This document shows positions 1-13,400 of a DNA stretch of 64,000 nucleotides, in pieces. The notes under the pieces were generated by a model that did no database searches, was not told where the DNA came from, and worked only from the letters and a program-made list of their open reading frames with translations. Within the stretch, counting starts at the first letter, position 1; each line of letters opens with the position of its first letter. Position numbers and translations under genes: made by a program. The stretch comes from Macrostomum hystrix (Eukaryota > Animalia > Platyhelminthes): assembly GCA_950097015.1 (NCBI GenBank), contig CATNEN010000011.1, positions 6,572,001 to 6,636,000 on the forward strand. The letters run 5' to 3'.

Positions 1-620
1 GGTGAATAATAAGAGCAGACAGGTGAGCTATAAGTGCTGACTGGTAAGGTACAAGTAAAATAGGAGATAGAAGGTTAGAATAGTAGATGATGGGAATTAT
101 AGGATAAAAGCTAAAAGTTAGACACGTTAAGATTGAAATCTATAAAGCTGAGAAATAAGACAGGCAGTATGAAGGATGAGACAATTATTACTATTGTTAA
201 TTGTTAATTAAGTGCGCCAAAAAAGGTATTTATTGCCAATTTATCCGATTGGATTCAGATAAAGATCTAAAGGAAAGGCAGCTTAAGATAAGCAGTTCAG
301 ATTGTTTAATAAGGGTTTGATCACAGAATACACAGAATGTATTCTGTGGGTTTGATATAAGAAAGAGAATCGAAAATTAAAGGTAGAGCAACACTAAACG
401 AATATTGTTTAGTAATCATTGCTTTGGTCCGAGTACACAAGTTTAAAATCCAAAGTCTTTAGAAAAAGGAATATCAAGATCATCTGAAAAGCGATTTGAA
501 AGAAAGCAGTGTGTCGCAAGTTGGCAAAAAAAGACAAAAATATCAGCAGTCCCTAATATAAATTAGGGATAAAACTGGTAACTGGTATAAAACCCGCATT
601 CGGTTCATTAATGTGGCATG

Positions 621-692
621 AGCAGAGTGGCGCAGTGGAAGCGTGCTGGGCCCATAACCCAGAGGTCCGTGGATCGAAACCACGCTCTGCTA
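621..692 (+). tRNA. tRNA-iMet (CAT), initiator
   Basis: AGCAGAGTGGCGCAGTGGAAGCGTGCTGGGCCCATAACCCAGAGGTCCGTGGATCGAAACCACGCTCTGCTA. CAT anticodon, A1:U72 pair and GATCGAAA T-loop typical of eukaryotic initiators; near-identical to the vertebrate iMet as recalled. Confidence 0.97.
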
Positions 693-696
693 AACA

Positions 697-705
697 TTTT
701 TTTTT
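697..705 (+). terminator. Pol III oligo-T terminator of tRNA-iMet
   Basis: T9 run 4 nt after the tRNA 3' end. Confidence 0.85.
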
Positions 706-1009
706 ATTTTTGTCTGTACTTCTCTGCATAGCAAAAGGTACCTAAAAATGAAATGAAATATTTACTACATTTATATTATATCTTTAATTAGACCTAAATC
801 AATTTATGTTTTTCAAAGTAAGAAATATTTTTGCACGATATATAACATTTTCGCTACATATCGGCTAAACCATTTTTCACACTAACTGTAATATATATTA
901 TACTTGCGTTGTAAGAAGTAAAGCGAACCAGCAATCTTACGCCATCTCTGCTTATTTAACTACTTTTGCTAATGTTTTTTTCGATACATATCGGCGAATA
1001 TCTTTTTGA

Positions 1010-1391
<382 letters not shown>

Positions 1392-2039
1392 AAGAAAGTA
1401 CTAACTCGAACTGGCGCCTTGTGTTCAGTGGCTGCGAACATTACTTGCAAGTTTCTACTCGCCGATCCTCTCTCCGCTGCTCCCGGCACCATTTTTTGCC
1501 TAGCGCGCACCTATTGCGCAGCTCTCTCGGTCTCTTCTTTAATCTGTATTATGTCGCTGCATTTCACAATAATCAACTTTTGTTTTGCGCGCTAACTCTC
1601 AGCCGTCATTCTTTTTTTCCTAAGCCCTCCTCGTCTGGTCCTTCCCTAATGAATGCACGGCGGTTCTCTTGTTGTTTGTCTATTATCTATTTTTCTCCGT
1701 TTATTATGTTCGGCTCTGGTTATTTGTTGATCATCTTTGTGTAAGAATAAGTGCTTACTTAGCCCCGGTAAAAGACAAGTGAAATGTTGAAGCGATAAGC
1801 AATGTTCAAGCTTGAAATACAACTTCATGGCTATTGCAGCTGCGCCTTCAGGTTAATGGCGATCGTTGGCCCCGCAATTGTTCTATTTTTTAATAAGACA
1901 AACTGAAACTACCGATTGCCTTGATGGTCTTGCTTCATTGTTGCTTCATTTATTGCCTGTCATCAATTGGAGCTTATTAAGCTCGATAACAGTCGATGAT
2001 AAATTCGGATACAGTGCTACTTCTCCGGCAAAACACTCA

Positions 2040-3960
2040 CTACGTTCCCCTCAGTTTCAGTTCAGTACAGTACATTCCTCTCAGTGTCTGTTCAGTACAG
2101 TACATTCCTCTCAGTGTCTGTTCAGTACAGTACATTTCCCTCTGTGTCAGTTCAGTACATTCCTCTCAGTATCAGTTCAGTACAGTACATTCCTCTCAGT
2201 GTCTGTTCAGTACATTCCTCTCAGTGTCTGTTCAGTACATTCCTCTCAGTGTCTGTTCAGTACAGTACATTTCCCTCTGTGTCAGTTCAGTACATTCCTC
2301 TCAGTGTCAGTTCAGTACAGTACATTCCTCTCAGTGTCAGTTCAGTACATTCCTCTCAGTGTCTGTTCAGTACATTCCTCTCAGTGTCTGTTCAGTACAT
2401 TCCTCTCGATGTCTGTTCAGTACATTCCTCTCAGTGTCTGTTCAGTACAGTACATTCCTCTCAGTGTCTGTTCAGTACAGTACATTTCCCTCTGTGTCAG
2501 TTCAGTACATTCCTCTCAGTGTCTGTTCAGTACATTCCTCTCAGTGTCTGTTCAGTACATTCCTCTCAGTGTCTGTTCAGTACATTCCTCTCAGTGTCTG
2601 TTCAGTACATTCCTCTCAGTGTCTGTTCAGTACAGTACATTTCCCTCTGTGTCAGTTCAGTACATTCCTCTCAGTGTCAGTTCAGTACAGTACATTCCTC
2701 TCAGTGTCAGTTCAGTACATTCCTCTCAGTGTCTGTTCAGTACATTCCTCTCAGTGTCTGTTCAGTACATTCCTCTCGATGTCTGTTCAGTACATTCCTC
2801 TCAGTGTCTGTTCAGTACATTCCTCTCAGTGTCTGTTCAGTACATTCCTCTCAGTGTCTGTTCAGAACATTCCTCTCAGTGTCTGTTCAGTACATTCCTC
2901 TCAGTGTCTGTTCAGTACATTCCTCTCAGTGTCTGTTCAGTACATTCCTCTCAGTGTCTGTTCAGTACATTCCTCTCAGTGTCTGTTCAGTACATTCCTC
3001 TCAGTGTCTGTTCAGTACAGTACATTTCCCTCTGTGTCAGTTCAGTACATTCCTCTCAGTGTCAGTTCAGTACAGTACATTCCTCTCAGTGTCTGTTCAG
3101 TACATTCCTCTCAGTGTCTGTTCAGTACATTCCTCTCAGTGTCTGTTCAGTACATTCCTCTCGATGTCTGTTCAGTACATTCCTCTCAGTGTCTGTTCAG
3201 TACATTCCTCTCAGTGTCTGTTCAGTACATTCCTCTCAGTGTCAGTTCAGTACATTCCTCTCAGTGTCTGTTCAGTACATTCCTCTCAGTGTCTGTTCAG
3301 TACATTCCTCTCAGTGTCTGTTCAGTACATTCCTCTCAGTGTCTGTTCAGTACATTCCTCTCAGTGTCTGTTCAGTACAGTACATTTCCCTCTGTGTCAG
3401 TTCAGTACATTCCTCTCAGTGTCAGTTCAGTACAGTACATTCCTCTCAGTGTCAGTTCAGTACATTCCTCTCAGTGTCTGTTCAGTACATTCCTCTCAGT
3501 GTCTGTTCAGTACATTCCTCTCAGTGTCTGTTCAGTACAGTACATTCCTCTCAGTGTCTGTTCAGTACATTCCCCTCAGTTTCAGTTCAGTACAGTACAT
3601 TCCTCTCAGTGTCTGTTCAGTACATTCCTCTCAGTGTCTGTTCAGTACATTCCTCTCAGTGTCTGTTCAGTACAGTACATTCCTCTCAGTGTCTGTTCAG
3701 TACATTCCTCTCAGTGTCTGTTCAGTACAGTACATTCCTCTCAGTGTCTGTTCAGTACATTCCCCTCAGTGTCTGTTCAGTACAGTACATTCCTCTCAGT
3801 GTCTGTTCAGTACAGTACATTCCTCTCAGTGTCTGTTCAGTACATTCCCCTCAGTTTCAGTTCAGTACAGTACATTCCTCTCAGTGTCTGTTCAGTACAG
3901 TACATTCCTCTGTGTCAGTTCAGTACATTCCCCTCAGTGTAGGTTCAGTACATTCCTATT
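2040..3960. repeat. Minisatellite, 25/30-bp unit CAGTACATTCCTCTCAGTGTCTGTT
   Basis: About 70 tandem units; explains the three spurious 640-700 aa ORFs. Confidence 0.97.
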
Positions 3961-4472
3961 AACCTTGTCTTGTACATATTTACCTGTCGGTCATATGCAT
4001 TTCACCGATCAGTAAGTTTTCAATAACTTCAACGTATGATTCAGAAAGTATATTGCACTTTAGTGTAGCCTCGCTGACGCAGTTGAATTTAAATTGCACT
4101 TAAATTGCCATAGACAGTTGCAATCCTTCATGTGGTAGTCATTGGCAGAAACCTCGCTTATAAAGTTAGCAAATATGATCACAAGCCGAATGGAAACCAA
4201 CAGTGAATAGCCGAACTGCAATTTCGGCTTCAACAAACTAGAAGTTCGGTCTGACAAACGTTGAAATCTGAAGCAATTCTCTGTTTAGACCGAGCTGGCT
4301 GGTCTGACCAATAGTGGAGCCCACCCGAAATGCGACAACCAATCCTAGCGCGTCATCAGCAGGTGAGACATTTCTGTGTATCGGTGCTAGATAAAGAGAC
4401 GTACGTTTTTCCCTGACTTTCCCCAGTAGCCAACAAAACGCATCTTGAACGTTGCAGCAACAGCTAAAGGAA

Positions 4473-7400
4473 ATGCCAGTGTCAGTGGAGCCGACAGCCA
4501 CAATGAAGCCATTGCAGACGGCATCATACATCGAAAGCAATGCGACAGTCAGCAAGCTGTGGAAGATGCAACAAAGTCCGCCTGCGCTCGCCGATAACGG
4601 AGTCGAAACATCCCAAGAGGCAGAAATGTCAGTTAAGGTCATCAGTAATTTCGAAAACAGCAACAGCAGCAGCGTGCCGCTGGTCAGGAAGCGCAGAAAA
4701 GCTGAAGTTCTGCTCAGCACCCTCAGGGCCTTTCGCGAAGACGCCGTTGTCGAGCTCAGCGACAAGACTGGCAGCTCTCCAGTTGACTTCGGCTCAGCTG
4801 CACCTCCCAGACAGGTGCGATGGACCACCAACTGGTTCAGCAATTTCCCAGCCTACGGACTGCACTTAATTCCCAATAGCCCGGCGCTGCAGCATCAGCA
4901 GCTGCTTCATCGCCAGCAGCAGCAGCAGCAAGTTCACTACGCAAGCGGCTCTCCTATTGTGATGACTTCGTCGGTTGCTACGACAGTCACGGCCGGAGAT
5001 GTTGCCTCGGCTCATCATCGACATCATCAGCAGCACGTGGCCTCCTGCGCCGCTTGCAGATTCCAGCGTTCTCAGCAGCATCTCCGGCCCTGCCTGCAGC
5101 ACGGGCCGCACGCGGTGGCTTACATCTCCCAAGCTGGCAGCATCAACTGCTGCGCCCCCATCCTGCTGGGCTCGCCAGTCAGCCTGGACCTCAGCAGCAC
5201 TGATCGAGGCGTTCGGGCCGAGATGGCTTTCAACGGAGCTCAGGAGCCGGCCACCGCCGCGGCTGCAGCAAGGCCAGAGTTCCAGCAGCATCAGCAGCAG
5301 CAGCAGCAGTTGCAGCTCCGTTTCTCGCAGCAGCAGCAGCCAATCAGTCAGGAACTGCAGCTGAAGTCGCAGCCGTTTGTACAGGTTCGCAATCCGCTAT
5401 GCGTGCCCCGCCGCTCCGACTACCTCGCCTCTTGGCGAACCTGCATGGTGCCGATTCTGGATCTGGAGCAGTGTGAGTTTGCTCAGCAATCTAATTATCC
5501 CATTTCATTATTAGTTTACTGCCATTTAAATTCCAGTAATGTAACTTTAGTGCCATTCCAATGCCAGTTTAGTGTCATTCCAATGCCAGTTTAGTGTCAT
5601 TCCAATGCCAGTTTAGTGCCATTCCAATGCCAGTTTAGTGTCATTCCAATGCCAGTTTAGTGCCATTCCAATGCCAGTTTAGTGTCATTCCAATGCCAGT
5701 TTAGTACCATTCCAATGCCAGTTTAGTACCATTCCAATGCCAGTTTAGTACCATTCCAATGCCAGTTTAGTGTCATTCCAATGCCAGTTTAGTGTCATTC
5801 CAATGCCAGTTTAGTACCATTCCAATGCCAGTTTAGTGTCATTCCAATGCCAGTTTAGTGCCATTCCAATGCCAGTTTAGTGTCATTCCAATGCCAGTTT
5901 AGTGTCATTCCAATGCCAGTTTAGTGCCATTCCAATGCCAGTTTAGTGCCATTCCAATGCCAGTTTAGTGTCATTCCAATGCCAGTTTAGTGCCATTCCA
6001 ATGCCAGTTTAGTGTCATTCCAATGCTAGTTTAGTTTGATTCCAATGCCATTTGAAAGTGATTTTAATTTCTACATATTGCACGATTTACAGTTTTATAA
6101 AGTGCTTCTAGGATAAATAGCTAAAAACGTGTTGAAAACTTAAATCCCATTTTCCATATAGACTTAATCCTTTGCTGTAAAAGTACTTTACTTCCATATT
6201 AAGTACTATGGTGATTAATATGGGCTGGTCAGGTTAGCCATTTAATGCCTTTAACGGCAATTAATTTGTCTAGTTGTTTTCTAAAACTTAAAAAAGAATT
6301 GAAGAAGTTTTTTACGCGGATCAGTTTTTTGTTTCCATCGCCGAAGACAGTGACAAAGGTAGGACAATTAAGGCTTAAAATGCGGATGGGATGGGAAAAG
6401 GGGATTTGAAAGGTGCCGGCATGAGCAGACTATTAAATCCTAGCATTTTGGGCCATTAAATATGTCTTTTGCGTAGCCAGCATCCACAGGACACCATGGA
6501 CACCAGAGCCAATGCAAATGGACCGCCTACTCACGGGATTTACTAAACGCCTTAATCTCCCCCAACCACCCCAACTCAAAGCCCTTCCTGGCTCTCCTAA
6601 ACTCCTGACTCAGCTTTGACACGTCTGGTACTTAACGACTAAATGTCGAGTTTTTTTAGAAGAAAAATTCTATCGTTGGCCCACTCTCATTGTTTCTAAG
6701 CAGGAAATGACAGGCGATGAAAAGGGGCGCCCTGCTACAGGTGGGATTTTTGAGAGCGATTCGTGTCACGTTTCATCGCGCCATGAATTCTGCAAATGCT
6801 TTGGGCACTGATGGCTCTGTGACATTTTTTGAACCCGCTGGCTCTGACTCTTTAACTCTCTCTCCCCTCTCTTCTATCTCGTTCTCTCTCTCCTCTCTCC
6901 TATCTCATTCTCTCTCTCCTCTCTCCCATCTCATTCTCTCCCTCCTCTCTCCCATCTCATTCTCTCCCCCCTCTCTTCTATCTCGTTCTCTCTCTCCTCT
7001 CTCCTATCTCATTCTCTGTGTCCTCTCTCCTATCTCATACTCTCTCTCCTCTCTCCTATCTCGTTCTCTCTCTCCTCTCTCCTATCTCATTCTCTCCCTC
7101 CTCTCTCCCTCCTCTCTCCTATCTCGTTCTCTCTCTCCTCTCTCCTATCTCATTCTCTCCCTCCTCTCTCCCTCCTCTCTCCTATCTCGTTCTCTCTCTC
7201 CTCTCTCCTATCTCATTCTCTCCCTCCTCTCTCCTATCTCATTCTCTCCCTCCTCTCTCCCTCCTCTCTCCTATCTCGTTCTCTCTCTCCTCTCTCCTAT
7301 CTCATTCTCTCCCTCCTCTCTCCTATCTCATTCTCTCTCTCCTCTCTCCTATCTCATTCTCTCCCTCCTCTCTCCCTCCTCTCTCCTATCTCGTTCTCTC

Positions 7401-10400
7401 TCTCCTCTCTCCTTCTCTCGTTTTTTTCAGCCCTCTACTCTCATCTCCATATTATCATCAACTTCTCTCTGATCCTCTCCCTCTTATTATCACTCTGTCT
7501 GGGCATATTCTCCTTTGTTCTTCCCAAAGTAAACTTGATCAGAAAAGGTCGAAACTATGGCTATTTTGTCGTGAACGTGCGTGCGATATTTTTGTATTGT
7601 TTATTCATTAATTCTCTTCTCCAACTCCAAAACTTCCAAATCCCACTCCCTAGCTCTCTCCCCTTCCTACAATAACCCACGACTCTCGAGGCCAGGCATG
7701 CGACTTGAGCTTGAGTTCGCCACCGCCGCCACCACGTGACAAAATCTAGAAGTTAAAAAAGAAATGGAAGTTGGGAATTGTTATATTTTGTCGACTGCGT
7801 ATCGGTTTTGACTATAAATTCGCGCTGTATGAAAGGAAGGGGGTCGGACTGAGGTGGCGCCTGAAAAATATCTGAGTCTAGTCTACAGCTGGGCTAGAGT
7901 TGAATCTTAGCGGAGGGATTTTGGCGGTCAAAACACGGCGGCTAGAAGCAGTTGAGTTAGTGTGTAGCTTCTCAGTCAATTGGCCTGTACATTCCGCATA
8001 CTGTACGCACCACCCCGTGCTAGCCAAGCATGCGGGACAGCTTTTAGCGCCATGGCTAGAGCTTTGGTCTACTGAACAAGACGTCGTGAGTTCGAATCTT
8101 AGCCTAAGGATGACAGTTTCTGTCCTAGAGCTAGACACTTGATTCCCAATGTAGAGCTCTGATGGGAGAGGATGGAGGGCAGACAGGGGAGAGGATGTAG
8201 GGAAGAGGATGGAGGGCAGAGAGGGGAGAGGATGTTGGGAAGAGAATGAAGGGCAGAGAGGGGAGAGGATGCAAAGCAGACAGGGGGAGGATGGAGATCA
8301 GAGAGGGGAGAGGATGGAGGGCAGAGAGGGGAGAGGATGGAGGGCAGAGATCGTGGAGAGGATGCAAAGCAGAGAGGGGGAGGATGGAGGGCAGAGAGGG
8401 GAGAGGATGGAGGGCAGAGAGGGGAGAGGATGGAGGGCAGAGAGGGGAGAGGATGGAGGGCAGAGAGGGGAGAGGATGGAGGGCAGAGAGGGGAGAGGAT
8501 GGAGGGCAGAGATCGTGGAGAGGATGCAAAGCAGAGGGGAGAGGATGGAGGGCAGAGAGGGGAGAGGATGGAGGGCAGAGAGGGGAGAGGATGGAGGGCA
8601 GAGAGGGGAGAGGATGGAGGGCAGAGAGGGGAGAGGATGGAGGGCAGAGAGGGGAGAGGATGGAGGGCAGAGAGGGGAGAGGATGGAGGGCAGAGAGGGG
8701 AAAGGATGGAGGGCAGAGATCGTGGAGAGGATGCAAAGCAGAGGGGAGAGGATGCAGGGCAGAGGGGAAAGGATGGAGGGCAGAGGGGAGAGGATGGAGG
8801 GCAGAGGGGAGAGAATGGAGAGCAGAGAGGGGAGTATTAGTTCGATGGCAGCAGGTGATAAGTGAGATTAATTGTGATCTTAAGCCAAGATCAACAAGAA
8901 GTGACATTGTCTGCCGAGTTAAGATATTCGCAGTTGAAAAAACGCAAACTTAAGAATGTTGGCTTGTTTGTGTCCAAGGTATCCTTATTTGAGTGCAGAG
9001 GTTGTCAAGTCGTAGTGCGAACTCGGTATTGAAAAGCGGTGCTTTGGGTCGCTGTCCTTTTTTAGTATCTAGAGCAAAAATCTACACTTAGCCGACTGAA
9101 TGAAATGGTGTGAGCTGAGTGAGGGCTGATTTTGAGCTGATAAACTAGAGATAAACGGTTATTTTGTACGTTTGTGACAGCGAGTGTACCACGAAGGTTT
9201 CTCTTGGATTTAAGCCAGCTTAGGCCAATGAGTAAGCTCTTGAGTTTGTAGGGCTGCTAAACTCCTTGTTGATTGTTCACACAGAAGGGGATCAACAACA
9301 GCAGCAGGTGCCTGGATGCGGCACCAATGCGTGTTTTCTTGCACTAATAGCTAATGCCGCGGGCAAGTTTTTGTTCGAGTAAAAAGTAGGGAAATCAATC
9401 CTATTGAACGAAAACAATTCGACTGATCCCACTATACCGACGGAAAGCTCATATAGCATTATGACCGATCTTAAACCTATATGACCGATCTTAAACTCTT
9501 ATGACCGATCTTAAACTCTTATGACCGATCAAAAACCTAAATGACCGATCTTAAACTCTTATGACCGATCTTAAACTCTTATGACCGATCTTAAACCTAT
9601 ATGACCGATAAAAAACCTAAATGACCGATCTTATAACTATATGACCGATTTTTAACGAATATGACCGATCTTAAAAACCCTTATGACCGATCTTAAACTC
9701 TTATGACCGATCTTAAACTCTTATGACCGATCTTAAACTCTTATGACCGATCTTAAACTTATATGACCGATCAAAAACCTAAATGACCGATCTTAAACTC
9801 TTATGACCGATCTTAAACTCTTATGACCGATCTTAAACTCTTATGACCGATCTTAAACCTATATTACCGATCAAAAACCTAAATGACCGATCTTATAACT
9901 ATATGACCGATTTTTAAACGAATATGACCGATCTTAAAAACCCTTATGACCGATCTTAAACCTATGTGACCGATCTTAAACCTATATTACCGATCAAAAA
10001 CCTAAATGACCGATCTTATAACTATATGACCGATTTTTAAACGAATATGACCGATCTTAAAAACCCTTATGACCGATCTTAAACCTATGTGACCGATCTT
10101 AAACCTATATGACCGATCTTAAACTTATATGACCGATCTTAAACCCTTATGACCGATCTTAAACCCTTATGACCGATTTCAAACCTATAATACCGATCAA
10201 AAACCTAAATGACCGATCTTAAACCCTTATGACCGATTTTAAACCTATATGACCGATCAAAAACCTAAATGACCGATCTTATAACTATATGACCGATTTT
10301 TAAACGAATATGACCGATCTTAAAAACCCTTTTGACCGATCTTAAAAACCATTATGACCGATCTTAAACCTATGTGACCGATCTTAAACCTATATGACCG

Positions 10401-13400
10401 ATCTTAAACTTATATGACCGATCTAAAACCCTTATGACCGATCTTAAACCCTTATGACCGATCTTAAACCCTTATGACCGATCTTAAACCCTTATGACCG
10501 ATCTTAAACCCTTATGACCGATTTCAAACCTATAATACCGATCAAAAACCTAAATGACCGATCTTAAACCCTTATGACCGATCTTAAACCCTTATGACCG
10601 ATCTTAAACCCTTATGACCGATTTCAAACCTATATTACCGATCAAAAACCTAAATGACCGATCTTATAACTATCTTACCGATTTTTTAACGAATATGACC
10701 GATCTCTATCCCATTTAAAATATCTTAAATATTTTATCCGCAACTGTAAATCTAAAACGTTAATGACCGTTGTTTAATTGTAAATGGTAAACTTTTTACT
10801 TATATTGAAATAATGGACCTAAAATGTGTATGATGAATTTGAAGAAGACTGAAGTTAAACCTTAATGAGTGATTTTAAGTGACCTATTTTAAACAATGAT
10901 AACGAAATTGATAGTTATCTATTAAATAAAATTACTGTCATCATGTAAAGAATTGTGTAATCTATGATGAAATTTGTCTACGTGGTTTATTGATTACAAA
11001 ATGCGTAGGACAATTTCATAGTCCTTAGCACGCTACAGCTGATTATTGTCCTTTATAGCACTTTTCAAATTCTAGAACCTTGTCAAAAATTTCCAGATTT
11101 GAGGCTCAGGAAATCCTAGGATTGGGATATTTTAATCAGCAGGGAATTTCTCTGGCATGCTACAAGGATTTAGTGTTCCGCCAGCAATCAATAGGGGATC
11201 AGAACAACGAGACAACTTTCCCCAATAGGGGAAGTCACTTGTTACTAGGGGAAGTGAAATTTTATTTTCTGGATTTAACCACATCACTTCCTCATCGCTA
11301 AGTATTCGAGTACCTGCCAGCAGACGAAACTGATATCTCTCACCTTATTGAGATGCTCACATGTCAGAATAAAAGTAGAATCCATAGGTTTAATGGTCAG
11401 TCTAATCGGTCGAAGGGTGTTGACTCAATAATTTGCACTTTTATCTAAACTGGCGTGTGTAAACTATAGAATGTTTTAATCAATAACTTTATTTGTGGAT
11501 AATAGCTGAGCCTGTTAAACTCTAGCAGAACCTGTTAGACACTGACAGAACCTGTTAGACAGTAGCAGAACCTGTTAGACACTGACAGAACCTGTTAGAC
11601 AGTAGCAGAAACTGTTAGACGCTAGCTGAGCCTGTTAGACAGTAGCTAAACCTGTTAGACAGTAGCTAAACCTGTTAGACAGTAGCTGAGCCTGTTAGAC
11701 AGTAGCTAAACCTGTTAGTCAGTAGCTGAGCCTGTTAGTCAGTAGCTGAGCCTGTTAGTCAGTAGCTAAGCCTGTTAGTCAGTAGCTAAGCCTGTTAGAC
11801 AGTAGCTAAACCTGTTAGACAGTAGCTGAGCCTGTTAGACAGTAGCTGAACCTGTTAGACAGTAGCAGAACCAGTTAGACATTGACAGAACCTTTTAGAC
11901 ACTAGAAGAACCTGTTAGACAGAAGCTGAGCCTGTTAGACAGTAGCTAAACCTGTTAGACACTAGCAGAAACTGTTAAACAGTAGCTGAGCCTGTTTACG
12001 TGGTTTATTTAGCTGAGCCTGTTACTGAACCTGTTAGACACTGAAATCCAATGCTTTCTAAACGCTCCAGTTGCCCAGATGAAGCCGCCCTGCCCAAAGT
12101 GGCGCCATCTGGCCAATCGCAGCGCAGGCAGTGTGCTGCTGTTCACTCTGATGTGCTACAACATTCTGAGCGATCAGTACGCTTCGCCTAAGAGCTACTG
12201 GTACTGCCCGCCATGGGCTTTGGCATGGTCTTTCAGGCGACAGGGAATTCTGGAGAACATTAGCGCCCACCTGCCAACTGTTGTGTGCCTACAGGTGAGT
12301 CAGATTATCTTCGCTAAAGTTATCTTTCATTAATTCATAAACAATAATCACGTCGAATTTACTACCTGCCTCCAGAGACCTGTCTGATATTCTCAGGGCA
12401 TATCACGTGACCTTAACAAGCCAAGCCAAACCTAGACACCTTGCTCATTGAAAAAGAACCGTACACAAAATCATCCACCTCATTCCCTGCTCTAAGCCAA
12501 TAGGAATCATGCAGAAAATCATCAACCTCACTCCTTGCCCTTATCCAATTAAACTATGCAAAAAGCCATCCACCTCATCCATTGCTCTCAGCCAATAAAA
12601 AACACGTAAAACGGCCCACCTCACTCCTTGCTCTTAGCCAATAGGAATCATGCGAAAAGTCACCTACCTCAATCCTATTTTTCAACCAACAAGAAACAAC
12701 AAGAAACCCACCTCACTCGTGAAACTTCAGCCCTTCCAGCCTTAGCAGGTAAAGACGAAAACCAATCAAAACTTCATATCCTCATCTACTCAGGAAGTGG
12801 AGACGGAGCAGTACTACTCGTTCTTTCTGCCGCATTTGACTCGTCGCGGCTATGACGGCATTTTTTCGCCAAAGTCGCGCGCAAAAACCATGGACGACCG
12901 GCTGAGGAAACGAGTCGACGGATGCGCAATCTTCTGGAAGAGAAGCGAGTGAGTAAAGAGCTGGCGCCCTGTTGAAGGGTTCGTTTGAAATCGATTCGGG
13001 AATTATGACTACATAGTCCCCCCTGAGCTGAACTCAACAGCCATAGAAACATTTTTACGTGAATGAGTTATTGACTATTGCAATAGCTATATTCTCAAAG
13101 TTACTATGGGGTGGGGTATGGGGGACACTTTGCTCTCGTAGATTTCCATTGTTGATTAGTTCCTATAAGAAAGGGGGAATTTATTTTGAGAGCAGTTCTT
13201 GACCAGATCACATGACTCAATGCATGCTATGGTATTGTATTGCTTGCATTGGAATCTAGGCTGAAATTATAGAGAAAATGACCTAATGCGAGAAGGCAGC
13301 TGTGAAAATCACCCGCATTGGGTGCCATTAAGATTATAAAATTTAATGTAATATAACTAGTTGTCTAACAAATGAAAAACTCTTGGAAAAAAACTAACGA

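Noticed and set aside
1866-4015. Three overlapping 640-700-aa ORFs
   Set aside because: Translations of a 25-bp minisatellite in all frames
6480-6610. Possible LINE 3' remnant; shares CCACAGGACACCAT with the MITE interior
   Set aside because: A 14-bp match and no RT motifs; insufficient support
9460-10705. CRISPR-like constant/variable alternation
   Set aside because: The constant part is only 10 bp, the variable parts are short and recurrent, the context is eukaryotic and no cas genes are present
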